From assembly GCA_027622665.1 (NCBI GenBank), contig JAQBYT010000001.1:384001-448000 (forward strand): DNA of 64,000 bases. Direction: 5' to 3'. Made by a program: the position numbers and the translations under genes. The first letter of the stretch is position 1; the number at the start of each line of letters is the position of its first letter. The notes beneath the pieces were generated by a model. That model worked only from the letters and a program-made list of their open reading frames with translations, did no database searches and was not told the origin of the DNA. The DNA comes from Verrucomicrobiota bacterium (GTDB lineage: Bacteria; Verrucomicrobiota; Verrucomicrobiia; Opitutales; Seribacteraceae). Shown here one piece after another: positions 23,801-34,200 of the stretch.

Positions 23801-25200
23801 CCAATACAAACGGAGCCATAGATCCCGGAGAGGGTAGGATACTCGTTTTCGGGGGGACCGATTCCTCTACGCTTGAGCCTTTTACTGGACTTTACGTAGC
23901 GGATGCCAACTCAACGGTCGTAAATCCCCTGACCACTCTTTCCTCGGCTTTTGTCGAGCAAGGGCTTTCTCGGGAAGACGCCAAGTTAAAGGTGGCGGAC
24001 GCACTGGGGTTGTCAGCTACCTTGGACTTGTACAATTATGATCCGATTGCTGCAGCCGCGGAGGGAGATGCCAATGCCAGTCAAGCTCTTGCCGCAAGCG
24101 CTCGGATCGCCAACGCAATTCGGCAGGGGACGGCCTTCGTGAAATACGCCTCGGACGGGAATGCTTCGGGAAAAACGATCTCCACTCAATTGATTACGGA
24201 AGTTGCCGCCAAAATTGCCGACGGGACGGTTTCTCTCTTTGGCGATGCGAGCGAAATGCAGAAAGTTCTTACAAGCGTGGTAACGACTTTGGGCATTGCC
24301 GGAGTCACCGACGAAGATTTGGCCGGAGCGGCCCAAATGTCGGTGGTTGCTGATGGAATGATCGTCGAGTCTCTCATCGCCAAAGGGACTAACCCCGATA
24401 AACTTGCGGTCGAATTGGCAAAGATTCAAGCGGTCGTCGAGGATAGCATAGTACAGGGGTACGACAAGTTGCGGCTCGAAGGCGGAACACCCGCCACCCT
24501 GGCCATCGCCAAAAGCAAGGAATTGCTTTCCGGGCAAACGTCCGACTACAAAGGGAGCGTTAACATCTTCCCGCCCACGGCGTCCAACGCGGTGGCGGCC
24601 CTGCCTTTCGACCAGTGGATTCAGGGAGCAATCATTCTTAATCTTCATGCTAACGATGCGGATGGAGATACCGTAGGCTTTTCGATTAGTTCGGGCAATC
24701 CCGATGCCGACAAGGATGGGGTCGCCGCTTTTTCCTTGAGCGAGCAAGGACAACTCTTGGTGGCGGATGCGGACGAAGCTGGCTACCTGTCTGTCGGTGA
24801 AGCCATGGTCGTCGCGTTGCGTTTGACCGACGGAAAAGGCCTTTATGGGACAGCAACCGTTACCGTGAAACGCGGCAATGCTCTTGCATTGAACACCGCA
24901 GAAGTGGAGCAGGCCCAAAACTGGCATCAATCCAGTTGGTTGGGAGACTTTTTTACCAATGGCTCGTCTTGGGTGTTTCACGAGAGCCTAGGCTGGCTCT
25001 ATGTGGTTTCGGACAGAACAGGAGGGTTTTGGTTTTGGGATGTCGGGCTAGAGGCATGGTGGTGGACGAATTCAACCTTCTTTCCCCACTTTTATCTTGT
25101 TCGGCAAACAGGCTCAGGTTGGGGATATTGGGATCTAAAAGCGGTTCCGCCGATATACTTCGATTTTAACGAGAATAGTTGGAAGGAGAAAACTAAATGA
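11827..25200 (+). CDS. Giant (4457 aa) multidomain surface zinc-metalloprotease/adhesin: N-terminal TM and putative prodomain, C-type lectin, metzincin (M11-like), PKD, GxGY repeats, 2x LamG, CBM5/12-like, TSP3-like Ca-binding repeats, DUF5011-like Ig, cadherin-like, Trp-rich C-terminal module
   Basis: CTLD (WETAKEDA..GGRLV..AWIGGTD..EGNWTW, ~12727-13180); HELGHNFGFQH at 13990-14022 with YGNPYSVMG Met-turn; LamG FTVSLWVK/WTHVA/LDEVSVFDRAL; DSDGDGLSDG repeats ~22117-22410; PGYSAIDVVDGNLT. Confidence 0.85.
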   Translation: MSSLLKKTAKVKLLFRGAVWMISLAGIIGTVVFLLSRLPENTISTKKQDDPVLAPNGTPRALGKVTLPNVPSSESLEWCSPSRIIATKADPVFKLFGQWVAARKEGRAEVEKGVVLAKERREVLVHLIRTDPEAALSLAVPEIDRHDLPKAILPFLGRWVNTYADVEAVHFCLDPNHLGGFIRHTVILPDGRRLKASLYGKREKLPTMKGLAIRGIAVGDKLAVDENPVRRLGETELRDRQLEGLAAVEIADAIYEFPRREGVLAFERRVREAERRAGRHRVRYPVIASSLGSSTIIDLKYKVVTVSSDWETAKEDAENSGGRLVCIGSAQENEDVRKLLADANVMGLFPEYNGTVPYAWIGGTDDENTSGSSFNKVTDSTEYFDLNATEGNWTWLDGTTFAAYSNWADGENDNATNPVLAEAEDFAVMDWNAGGLWRDLKRDFHLPYVIEMDLGDQPDASDVPISDNRKVLVIRARFQDEGVEYAGSSKPVVDQDGNIINPDKQQDVFEPVTGLQVRQEMEKVREFYQRNSDGKLNLDYVITGTVTIPYKRWEQHEMFGDIATVTTPDFMDAAIVIGAPMARAAQVSPEDWDFSGPAFNGVIGIEVNASGGGYLYPPLVRIEGGGGAGAKAETFLDNNGSIASVLVTDTGRDYTSVPAITVEGAHQDPNGDANATLSAKVGRTAVSWISITTGGNPGGVGMVGAPGSHVNAATWDAGVAVHELGHNFGFQHANRYESVGEKAISDEGGTIDYGNPYSVMGTGGIGADLTVAAKSVAQFGYTTSSATGADVTVLATGADIVASRWRELNATRQNVFRVYRHDHGSAPYPLRLGSYHVIIPTDVDLPTDFNGSITVAIGGPGTEATASASVTGSDRSYILEIENPGIGFSEEPRIELINEQNATLLLDPAWIQVLAGQKSIKAELRDRSPSSAKGLRAIRLSASSKAPYSSYLVSYRQAATKNGLNLLNADGSDNILLDLTRNTPDDFNDGSLMIGQTYSDYDSDIHVTPVSRGGNSPMEYLEVAVNVGTVAAENASAPLFSLQTSNLRPEVNQGVEFTVMLTGDANLSRYAFSWYYDERPLIGNAYLNQPTIIKTFDSVGNHNLRAVVSDMKGGVSSQTVVLAVGEPEQAGISRIEGVVESTTGPVQGARVVLQKAPVIQHVVTVSGDLISSRIPGGQAYATKFLIDGQRAPRLEFRRGEIHRFEYEPSAEGYPITFYSAPDSEPAKVELKLIYSPRVEEPGSGYRQNPAVVLDGGIFDSYESNLIRSYVEYLEENGSSTTLARIVYKPYAKSLLMDTGVEAIHTRKVADTQGGDGHHPASPPSVTISRQSLWEDYSDLNATAKAYVDGVGTIFVLEAGAGYPDSPSIAVVGRGVEASASTQTMGVTNEKGQTQQDMIKKVSVVDQGQGYDLNTTLATALYPPNPFAYWSFDREESLFRQNYYPRKDKLMLEPSPGWLRPITRSLKAHWSMDEENSTMELNATIADHHIGATPVLGQKTDYNATMELNATIADRSEWGIRGRAIRLQGNSTVEEYLAPDSPNKFLGDSFTVSLWVKPDGSGSFHGLASQAGTGDAFSLYWNTVDFIGILYQAEENGGLVSDVVLEGGDLNAGEWTHVAYAFDEDSATASMYVMGELVASKTFTLAGNFNKISGRASDFILGKAFTETSSTEYLNGFLDEVSVFDRALEPREIRQLSGDLFLDLSGQNRHGVAMDMPMNDPDELNAGVVAGNQNDGLDLSGARYVDLSQTAQDFAALSTGSVSFWFKTTSLEDGTPADGTILAASDKDAPDSFFRLMVRDTGQLQFHVSNDGVEVTRFYTENIFNDFKWHHGVLVVNEADSLFYVDGIAVGLRIAGQGQSAPRGFFADIENIDYMGIGRHQTSEANQTNYFSGELDEVWIFDRVLEAPEISFLHDLRPEVKDVFRASLEARVDSVGTVKVTAPGAGYKETPAVTFSPGDTVGYTWIGSAEDGNVSRWLPLNLAPGSSQPDEWDASATYVKGDLVRYRNNALANWYTYSAFRENNDKKPLEANLMENNSRHIYPDAVWQRHERSEGSMTYGVLYLQPTGLESILLTKDMGPAAVSNNFNHFLLPDGNPVERRYVEYVGENGTAYELSGGHVWAHSFASSQYYSLPKPGPASGVFGFRAPPSIVIEGSETDDNATGSHLFYIDPVESVLITDPGNGYLDPEGIAVGDVRFRGKGSTPPRFEAIMREQAIHGFILRRPGTGPYDFDVEGNSTLDGIFDTLTERGLGGLSDGERSLSMLKPAALAGTPEITTKDNGDIVYYPASEGFWGTRDVFYDAKDGQLKLRNPERLLSFIGDGTGEKPPVVEVFLSDKLDVERGVAPRKYEVKAMRIMPAEDLGSAKPDYGSGWVKPPTIYFDLNATADRQVNASSLTFTNMLSHVQILDSGLGYSVPVEVNFHGGYDIPWNYKDLNHSRARILPDEVDENGTLSADAIELLDPGTGYSRPPFVSITGGGGVGARARAFLNDSGEVAAILVTNGGRGYFNLDANNTPKAVLVYPAGQATKDANVTMRLGGSLDEIPVQGLESTRLHHIAPWVLITDNAGTGKGATAFAKVVNGRIEKVIVENAGNSYLDPRIEILTASPNNADALFLSNPNYRDEIDGWIPFNARCSAIFSNGQIVEIIVDNPGSGYASPEIVVAGTGSGVEAIPVFGDTGKIVRIVYDDPALKNEELSPVSSPSGAGQGFSERPWALGEVVRVTVVDEYSYSRANHFHEAAFPLKTADLFIGLPATRDSAGDQVSEFTIHDHGIGYGADAPSIRIDFNSSHAKSFRDACATAFLTRGLSEMVLEGNGTYEDSNGKWRSVFEEIPVVEIHRANLEEEDAYKLTSVGRNGDIDYDPLAHRRFIDVVVDDAFPSYSSYSLSDWDREGLGGEIHTLDSAPSLDWRVVTKWEPGKYRKGDVVWWETDAYEALATFVSGSLKTESAGEDGDQFWRKLNGQSGAMSALGVVTAFNHEFGSSSISVSRVRRENGSAAFFHIGDRSQETEILGENVYTWAYLPDAWISYTDSNGYYSFPNLEPGLYNAAVLAEDSNLEEITFREDGNSTVTHVVYVPGIPSLRLETDENGVGSSSLIWPEDVLRLGESASTKKILKGIGAGFRPGTLPVFSITADSKNTGRGIPNLSVTVNPDGSLDIETVDENSSNHNSADSFTVFYGSTISGLNFKEDYFFDRLDDAYWMGRKAAVDANASRLIISPSAGVNSVEMPISSSEAGDLNMTFSAKGYDWNGTLLDTDDIQWKLEFDFNSTEGNLTKLASLSTVDGNSTTLTLRSTLRSGKIALVRVDAGGTGYSDDNSTLVEIFGDGSGAFARISEVNSTDGAVKAIEVVEGGRGYSVISGIRLTRPEGQIGTDANLTALVGGGLWLKATLGSLEQKVRLEASHRAQLSEKEQWSDLHFDTVREDFIDWNDDNDSDGLNNSLEFSYRTNPWNADSDGDGLSDGNETTLMTDPNNADTDSDGLLDGVETNTNTYVDVNNTGTNPKNPDTDGDGWPDGLEVSFGLDPHKTEKGGAGISGMIYFKGEMNGTLYVFAIPEGEPPFAEETAVSEFLGGDKPLTPSSATFYFFKNLPAGKKYEIHAFIDRGESGDPSNKVYDYGEPVGSYSGSWDGNLSEDRSQVNFVVKDPPPHLTLLPMVGSVMGGVDGKEEIAVYLNPGVKVFHLKPVANDDYDGIIDPKTVSPSSTYPLDGNATGIITITELDATEGSGTLEVSSTALPGVYHLIYAAADSAGSASAITRIIVIRDSIPPEISLFPDESVVVAYEYEAGTKWKDPGYSAIDVVDGNLTHKVGVALPSGWDSGDVGIVLGFYNLNYTVQDIAGNQALATRIVEIVDTSAPDLLLFGSPSMNLNKGETFLEPGYSALDTVDGDLSNRVTVSGSETLEENVTGTYELNYSVIDDSGNEINSTRTIYVADWNYTIAGKAMDGYLVGASVVFDIDGNGTHDLSSPVLTDESGAFSFAFTTEEFLMTDTNTNGAIDPGEGRILVFGGTDSSTLEPFTGLYVADANSTVVNPLTTLSSAFVEQGLSREDAKLKVADALGLSATLDLYNYDPIAAAAEGDANASQALAASARIANAIRQGTAFVKYASDGNASGKTISTQLITEVAAKIADGTVSLFGDASEMQKVLTSVVTTLGIAGVTDEDLAGAAQMSVVADGMIVESLIAKGTNPDKLAVELAKIQAVVEDSIVQGYDKLRLEGGTPATLAIAKSKELLSGQTSDYKGSVNIFPPTASNAVAALPFDQWIQGAIILNLHANDADGDTVGFSISSGNPDADKDGVAAFSLSEQGQLLVADADEAGYLSVGEAMVVALRLTDGKGLYGTATVTVKRGNALALNTAEVEQAQNWHQSSWLGDFFTNGSSWVFHESLGWLYVVSDRTGGFWFWDVGLEAWWWTNSTFFPHFYLVRQTGSGWGYWDLKAVPPIYFDFNENSWKEKTK
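16253..16366 (+). repeat. Perfect 33-nt direct repeat (16253-16285 and 16334-16366), 81 nt apart, encoding TMELNATIAD
   Basis: CCACCATGGAACTGAACGCTACCATCGCCGATC occurs twice. Confidence 0.95.
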
Positions 25201-28200
25201 AAAGAATGAATGGCAAATGCCAAATTGCCTTTATGGCTCGACTAACCTTACTTTGCCTAGCTTTTTTCGTGAGCCACCGGACTCTTAGGGGTCAGGTGTT
25301 GGTTCCGGATCTCAGAATCGACTCGGATGATTTCATCGAGGTTTTCGTAGGAGGTACTTTTGACGTAACTTTTCGCATTTTTAATGACGGAACGGAAGAG
25401 ATCTTCGCCGGGGAAAGCATTACTTGGGCTGTCGAGGTCAATGGCCCGGACGGGCAAGCCGTACCTTCATTAAGTAGAACCGGGCAAATCCTAACCGGAC
25501 TGCCCATGAATCAAAGTACGCCCGATGAAACAGTAAGCCTTCGCATGCCATGGGCGCAAGCCGCCCAGTGGAGCAACAACGCCAGATGGACCATCGCAAC
25601 ATCCGTGGTTACTCCAAGAGATGTAAATGGGACCAATAATCGCGATACCTCCACTTTTTCCTTGGTTATACCGGATGTCACTTTGAATAATTTAGTGGGG
25701 CCCGTAGCCGCTCGACCCGGGCGAAACGTCAGCGTTTCAGGTACTGTAGCCAATGTCGGGCGAGTCCAAACGCAACCGAATGTCTACTTCCGGGTAGAGG
25801 CAAGGTTGCTGCAGAATGGAACGGAGGTGGACAAGCAATCGATAGTCTTACCTAATCAAAGCGCACTCTCTCCTTTTCCTTTTGATAGCGGGGATACGAT
25901 CGACTTCACGATCAATGAATTATTCATTCCCATAGACGGCAACGGCACCTACGACGTGATTGTGAACCTGGATGCCGGATCACCTGATATTTTAATCGAG
26001 CATACGGAAAACAACAATCAAGCAACTGTTCAGTTTGACGTAAGTTCAAGTGCAAGCATACAGGTCGTCGACGGTAGTTTCTTTAGTGATACCGGCACCT
26101 TTCAGGGGATGGCCCCGGCTCACTTTCGTTTTGCCGTTCGCAATGTTGGAACGGGCCCCGTTGGGGTCGGGGATGCCTTTCAGGCAACCATTGCTCTCTC
26201 TCGAGACCAAAGTGGGATTGATGCCGACGATTTCATTTTACGTGAATTCGATCTTGGAGGAAGTGGGCTGGGTTTAGGCCTTAGGCCCAATGAGACCGTA
26301 ACGCTTGACTGGATTCAGAGGTTGCCCGACAGTTTCGAAGGGGATTTTTACATTGTGGCGAATTTGGATGGTCAAACATTTGTCTCGCAACCTACTCCAT
26401 CCATCACCTTGCGATCAAATAATTCCGGGGATACCATATCGGTGAGTGAGGGAAAAAACAGCTGGAGCTCTCGTCCTTCTTATGATCAAACGGGCCGATA
26501 CGTTGCCTTCGAATCTTCCGTTGGCGGAATTGTTAACATATTCCTGCTGGATACAATCTCCAACCAGGAAACTCAGGTAACGAGGAGCTTTAATAATGCT
26601 GCAGCCGATGGATCTAGTTTTGCTCCCAGCTTAAGTGCAGATGGAAAATTCCTAGCCTTTCATTCCAGCGCTTCGAACCTAGTTCCCGGTGATACTAACG
26701 ATCATACGGACGTTTTTCTTTTTGATCGAGAAGCCAATGGAATTTTTCGTCTGTCGACAAGTGTTGATGTCGGCAGTCCTGATGGAGGTAGTTATTACCC
26801 TTCGGTCAACGGTGACGGCTCGGTAGTGGCTTTCGAATCACTTGCGTCAGACCTTAGTGCTACGCCGCAATCTTTTTCGGGAAGCAATATCTTTGTTTGG
26901 GACTCAAACGGAACCACCTTAAACAAACTATCACCAATTACCGCGGCGGGAGACTTCGCAAGCTTAGACGCCGATATCAGCGAGGACGGGAATCGCGTCG
27001 TGTTCACCTCTTATGCCACCAATTTCAACCTATCGAACTTAAGTTCATCGGACAACAACGAGTATTCAGATATTTTTCTTTGGGAGCGAAATACCTCGAA
27101 AATGTATTTGGCGAGCGTGACTTCAGGCCAAGCAAGGACAACCGGTGGCGCGTCTTCGGAGTCCGTAATCAGTGGCGACGGGAAGGTCATCGCCTATCGT
27201 TCTTCCGCAAAAAACCTTGTTACCGAGAAGGGTATTTCAACGATCGAGATTAAGGATGCAGGAGTGGGCTATACGCGGACTCCTTCCATTGCCATAACCG
27301 ATGCGAGCGGTTTAGGTTCAGGGGCAACTGCGGAAGCCCATATCAACACTTATGGAGAGATCATCAGGGTCTCGGTGTTATTGCCGGGCAAATTATATAA
27401 AGAGCCCAGAGTAACAGTGGTGCCCGACCCTGCTGATGTCGGGCCTAGCCGCCTTGCCATTCTTGAGGCTCGTCTTACACACCCCGAAGGCGATGTTTAT
27501 AGAGTGCCCGCGCAATCCTTGATTGACGGTCAGCCCGAAATCAGTCGAGCGAGTGAAAGTGTACTTTCGGTTGGAGGCGACAAGGGAAGTCGTGAGCCGA
27601 CCCTCAATTACGATGGTAGTTTGTTGGCCTATTCCACACAGGCGAGTAATCTCTTGGTTGACAAACTCGAGCGAGAAGATCGTAGGGTTTTTCCGAATGC
27701 AACCTTTAGGATGGCAAGAGCAAGAGCTGTAATCGGTGGCCCAATTGGCGAAATCGAGGTTCAGAATTCCGGCGAAGGGTATCAAGACGGACAGCTTCGA
27801 ATAGAGGATCTTTCCGGTAGCGGATCCGGGGCTCTTGCCCTATATCACGTTGATAATTACGGACGTATTGCCGACATATCCATCTTTAATTCGGGGAACA
27901 ACTACGACTATTCCCAAACCATGATATCCATAGACAACCCGAGGGCGGGAACGGGCTTTCAGTTGAAGGACATCCGCCATCAGGTCACCAGTGGCATTGG
28001 AAATAATCGATCCGGCGGCGGGACCATTCTTCGCCTGGAAATGGATGACAATGGTTTGGGTTACACCAAAGAACAGATTCTCATGCAGGGTGCGGGCATA
28101 ATTATCGACGGAGATGGCGCTGATTTGGACAATGATGGAAAGCCCGATGCAAAGGTAAATCCCGATCGTATCCATTTGGGTGACAATGGTGAGGTTTTCC

Positions 28201-31200
28201 TAGAGCAACAAATAAGGCTTGTGGTTCAGAGTACGGTGGGTCTGCATGGCGCCACCTTGACGGTTACTGACCACTTGAAGACGGAAAAATTAACTTTCGA
28301 TGCGTTTTCGGCCATTGTTGTAGGCAATGAGATCGGCATATCGGGGCAGTCGGTAGTTGGTATTCGCGATGCGATTGCGGATGCACTCGAAGGCCTTTGG
28401 CCAACCGATTCCAATGCCTCTCTATACGAGGGTCTTCAGATAGACGAGCCAACTCTTGGCGCAGACTTTTTGGTTGTTAAAGCCCTCGGAGGACGAGCGA
28501 TCTCGGGGAACCCTTCGTCTCTTACCGCGACAATGCTAAGCAATATGCTTGTTGGGGGAACGGGTTTCACTCGAGCCACGCCTATTATTGCTCCCGATCC
28601 CGTAGTCTTCGGTTTTTCTGAAATCAACACGAACATAAGTTCGGGCATCATGTCCAATGGACGACCGGCTCTCTTGGTCAACAAAGATCAATTTACCGAC
28701 GACATCTATCTTTATGACCACTCAAATAGCCTAAACGAAAGAATCACCACCAGTAAATTTGGTTTGCCGGTAAATTATAGAACGAATGCAACGACCACTA
28801 TGCCCTCCAATCGGTTTCCCTCGATAACGGGGAATGGCCGTTTCATTTCCTACAGCTCGGATGTTCAAGGAGCAGGTGGACTTTTGTTTGGCGCAACTAA
28901 CCAAACCCCCTCTGACAATAATGGTTTTCGGGATGTCTATGTGCATGACCGCAAGACAGAGGCGATGAAGACGCCCTCTAATGAGAAATCATCTTCCGGA
29001 TCCCTTTCCATGTTATACCCCAATCCGAGCATAGATCATTCATTTCCCTCCAACGCATTCGTACCGGTGATTGTCGAAACCGAGATCGATCGAGGCTTTG
29101 TTTCTCGGGTCGACCTAATAGTCAATGGATCCATGGTCAAGAGCATGGACGAGCATTTGAGCAACCTGCACTCGGGGCGCTTTTTTACGCGATGGGATGC
29201 CAATGTTTCCGGCATTCATAGCATAGCCGTGGCAGCATACGATAATAATGGTATTCTAATAGCAGAGACTCAACCTGTCGAAGTCTCCGTAGGGAACTTT
29301 TCAGGTTCCTTGCCGCCCAGCGTTAGCCTTAGCGCCATTCCTTACGATTCCATTACTTCGACATCAACGATTCCCCTGCAGGCAAGTGGAGCCGATTCGG
29401 ATGGCGATTTCAAGGGGATTCAGTTTTACGTAGAAGGCCAGCCCTATGGGAACGAAATCTTGCGTTTTCCTACACAAAACCCCGAAGCCTATATATATTC
29501 AACAACTTGGAAGCCCGCGACTCATGGAGTGTACAGTATTTTTGCGATTGGCCGGGACAATAGCGGAAATTACGTGGCAAGTGACATCTTGAATATTGCC
29601 TCAACAACCGGCTCCACTCCACCCTTGGTCAACTTCACGAAACCTTATGAGCCTATCGACTACAAGGGGAGCACTCTCTCCATTGCCAGCGGGTCCATTA
29701 CGGACATCACCCTTGGCCATGCTGCGGTCGGTGGCGGTTACTTTAATACTCCTCGAATAAGTCTCTTTGGCAGTGGTTCCGGCGCACGGGCAGAAGCAAT
29801 CTTGGACCTGAATCAAAGCTCTGATAATTACGGCCGAATTACCGGGATCACGGTTTTGGATGGCGGTTCCGGTTATGAAACCGCTTCCTCATCTTTTTCG
29901 GTCACTCCAGTAGTTAAAACAATTCGTGTTGGCAGGACGGCTAGAATCAATAATCGAACTATTATAACTAGAAACGACTTAGGGATCATCACTAACATAC
30001 AAACAGAGCTTACCCTTGGGGACGGCGGCGATGGTTATGTTGTGCCTCCAAATTTGTTTTTGTCTAATGGTGAGGTGCGCAGATTGCCTATTGTTCCGGT
30101 TGTAGTTGGGGCATCAACTGGCGGCGTTGATCCGGCCGAGGCTGGTTTGCCTCAGATCTTGCCGGGTATAGTTACTGGTTCAGTAGTCGGCGGATTTGCG
30201 TATTCTCCCCTTAATCTGGAAGTAAACGCATCGGACCCGGATGGCTTTGTTCGTCAAGTGGATTTCGTCGTAGACGGAGTGGTTGTAGCTTCGGACCGGG
30301 TAGCCCCCTTTAATCTCGAGTGGACTCCTGGGGATGCGAAGGAATACCAAATATCGGCCTTGGCTAAGGACGACAATGGAAACATCGGGTCTTCTGAAAC
30401 CGTGGTGGTTTCCATAGAGGAAGGAATTGGCTTCATGCCCATCCTTTCTTTTGACGACAATCGAACCAACTCTATTCCCTTGGGTTCCGAGCACATTCTT
30501 ACCGTCAGGGCATTGGATGATGAAAGTATAACGAATGTTGAATTTTTTAAAAATGGCAGATCGATAGGCTTTGCCGACAAGCAAGGGGCATCCGATTATT
30601 ATTCTCAAGTGGTCTCTTTTGCAAACGACGAAGAGGGCGACGCGGTTTTTTCCGCAGTCACCAGAGATACGGGTGGAAACCAAGTTGGAACTTTTTCCCG
30701 GGCAATAGCTTTCCGGTTGCATAAAACGTACAGGCTTTTACCCGCCAAAGGGGCAACGCCCCCAACCGCCCAGATTCTTGGACCTTTATCACCCGTCAAA
30801 TGGCTGACTGATGGCGAAAGGCGTTCAAAGCGACAAAGGCGAGCGGCAACGGTATTCCCCACGAACCCCACCTTTTCTCTTGGTGCAGCTATTCCAATAG
30901 TAGTTCAAGCCACAGCTGCAACTGGAGCATCCATCGCAGAGATTCAATTTTTTGGAAATGGCGTTCCCTTGCCAAGCGCGGGTGGCACTAGCTCGGTTAT
31001 CAACCAAGGAACAACGCTTCATAACGAAGGACGTTATGTTTTCGATTGGGTTCCAAACCGAACAGGCACCTACATCATAGAGATCATAGCAATAGACAAT
31101 TTTGGCAACCAACGGGTTTCCTCGTTGTTGAATCCCATTACGATTATCGACACCTTTGGCTCGCAGTCACCCGGTGTGACTCTCATGTCCCCGCAAGCCC

Positions 31201-34200
31201 TTCCCGTAGAAAGTTACACGAGCACTTCCTCCCTGCGCTTTATGGCGAATGCAGCCGATACCGATGGAGATCTCGTCGGCCTGCAATTTTTTGTGGACGG
31301 AATGCCGTACGGCGATCCCATTTTGCGAGGCGATACCCTGAATCCGTCAAAATATCCATACAGCATCGACTGGAGCCCCGGTTCGGCCGGTGTTTTCACC
31401 GTTTCTGCGGTTTGTTGGGACAATAGCGGCAATTACATTTCCTCCGGATCTGCATCGATTACCACTACCACCGGCTCCACTCCTCCAACCATTTCCGTCA
31501 CCAAGCCATCTAAAAATCTTGAACTCGATACTGTGGACATAAACGCCACCGGCTCCATAACGGGCCTGTCCATCAAGACCAATGATTCTGTCTTCACAAA
31601 TAATCCTGTAGTCAGTTTTGCAGGTTCCGGGACCGGTGCCGCCGCGGAAGTGGTACTCAATCAAGACGGAACGATTTCTCACGTTTCCATGACGAGCTCG
31701 GGCACCGATTATGCCGCCCCCCAGATAAGAATTCGCCCATCTCTAAAGTCGGTGACTCAAGGAATTCCTGCTATTGCCGAGACCAACTTGTTGAATGTTT
31801 TATTTTTAGCTGGAACTGGAGGCGTTCATCCACAAACGGGAGAGGCTTTGACAGGAGGCCAGGTTTGGTCTGCTCCAGTTACATATAAGGGAAAGGGGTA
31901 CCGGAGTCCTCCGCGAATTGTATTCCTTGGGCCTGCCACGCGACCAGCAGAGGCTATTACTACGCTTGCCGGTATTGATGCAACCGGCGGGTTAGCTGGA
32001 GATGCGATTATCATGAGAACGGTAGGAAGTGGCTACACTGCGCCTCCGGTTGTGGATATTCGCGGAGGTTTCGGCGTGAACAGCGTACTTCTTGAGGCGC
32101 ACGCCTCGTCGGGAGGATCCAATCTTTTGACTGAAGTACAGTTTTTTGCCGATGGCTTGAGCCAAGGAGGTCCCGTGGCCATACCTCCCTATATCGGGGA
32201 ATGGTCTCCCGGCGAAGCCGGAATCCACCAAATTTGGGCCGTCGCCAGGGATGACAAGGGAAATGAAACGGTGTCCCCTGTATTGGAGGTAGACGTAACC
32301 TACGTTGACCCCCCCGAGATTAAGTTTCTCTCTCATTGGAACTCTCTTGAAAACTCTCATGAGTACGCTCGAGATAACACCATCCACCTCACTGCCTTTG
32401 CGGACGTACCGGAAGGCTTTATTCGTGATGTTGTCTTTCGCATAGACAACGGGAACGAAATTCAGGCCAATATGACCGGCAACCGACTATGGTCAGCCGA
32501 GTACGTGGCCGACAGTGTCGGCATGCACAAAGTGGAAGCCTTGGCCACGGACGTTAATATGATCGAGACTCTGGTCGATTCGCCATCCTACCTCAAGGTT
32601 ACGGCTGCTAACGGTTCTTTGTCCCCTGAGGTTTCAATTACTTATCCCGAGGCGAATGAAAGCATTACTTCCACTTCGCAAATCTTGCTTTCCGCTCAAG
32701 CATCTGATCCCGACGGCAGGGTCGAAGGCGTCCAATTTTACGTAAATGGAGCGAATGGCTGGATAATTTCTAATGCCAACCCCTCCGCCGGTGATGCCAT
32801 AAATGTTGTATACGACGACTTCAATGGTACTTGGACTTTCGGTGAGAATATTTCCATCGGCAGCACTTCTGAGGAAAGTCTAAGTAATTTGCATGCAGCC
32901 ATTTCAGTCGCACCAGATACGCAGTTTGATCTAAGATTGGAAACTGACAATTTGGCATTCTGCTTCAAGGATACTTCCAAGGCTTCCATAACCGTTACCG
33001 CCGGGACTTCCTTGTTGGCAAAAGAGTTAAAGGAAAGCCTAAGGCCTACGGCGATCGTATCGCCCGTCGATTTCTCTTACAGTTCTTTTTGGCAACCTAA
33101 TAAACCTGGCTTCTTTGTAATACATAGTGTTGTACGAGACAATAGTGGTAATCGTGTTATGAGTGAACCCATTACGATTACTGCTACAACCGGCGGAGGT
33201 GTTCCACCGCAGGTTGATTTGCTTATACCTGCCCCAACTTGGTCGACCAATTCGACAATGGATGAAAATGGATCATTAATTGTCCACCCGGGTCAGCAAC
33301 TGTCAGTCTTGGCCGCGGTCAATTCTTCGGTGGGTATTCAGCAAGTAGATTTTTACCAAGACGGTGTCCTTATAGGAACCGATGCCAATAGGACTGATGG
33401 TCTTTATACTGCTGGCTTTCAATTACCTGCGACTTTTTCCGGCACTGCATTGTCTGGCTTATATGCAACGGCTAGGGATTTTAACGGAAATATTGGGACT
33501 AGCAAAATCAAGACTTTGAGTCTTCGGAATGAAGGCAGTTCTCTTCCCCCATTAATTTCTATTGTCCCTCTCGCTGATCCAAACGCGACCTTGACCTCCA
33601 CCTCGACCCTCCGCCTTTATGCAAATGCCTCGGATCCCGACGGTAGCGTTGAGGGCGTTCAATTTTACGTAAATGGAGCCAACGCGTGGATTCAGTTTCT
33701 ATCGAATCCCTTGCGGGAAGATGAGGTTGTTCTCAACGACGGCAAAGCTCCTGCCGATGTGACATTAACTTTTGGAGAAAATGTAACTATCGGAACAACC
33801 CTCAAGGATTCACGAAACAACTTGCATCTAGTATTATCCGAGAAGATAACGACGCTTAATCTCGGGCTTGAAGTTACGCGCTTTGATGATCACAGTTTGT
33901 TGCTTAACTTCGCAGATACGAATTCTGGTTCCCTTACGGTCAATGAAAGCGTTTCCTTGCGCGCTCAAATGCTCAAGGAGGTTCTGCGACCCTCGGCTGT
34001 ATATCACAATACTTTTCCTTACGTCGTGGATTGGACTCCCGGGCTCTCCGGTACTTACGTGATCAATGGCATAGTTCGCGACAACAGCGGCAATCGTACC
34101 ATGAGTGCTTCCTCAATCGTTAGATCGACCACCGGAAAAGGAAGTTTGCCCATAGTGGTCTTGGCTACTTTAAACGACGCTCATCTTATAAACGACTCCA

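Noticed and set aside
18631..24981. Long antisense ORFs (278, 328, 219, 322 aa) inside the 4457-aa gene
   Set aside because: Expected from codon bias on the opposite strand; no protein-like features
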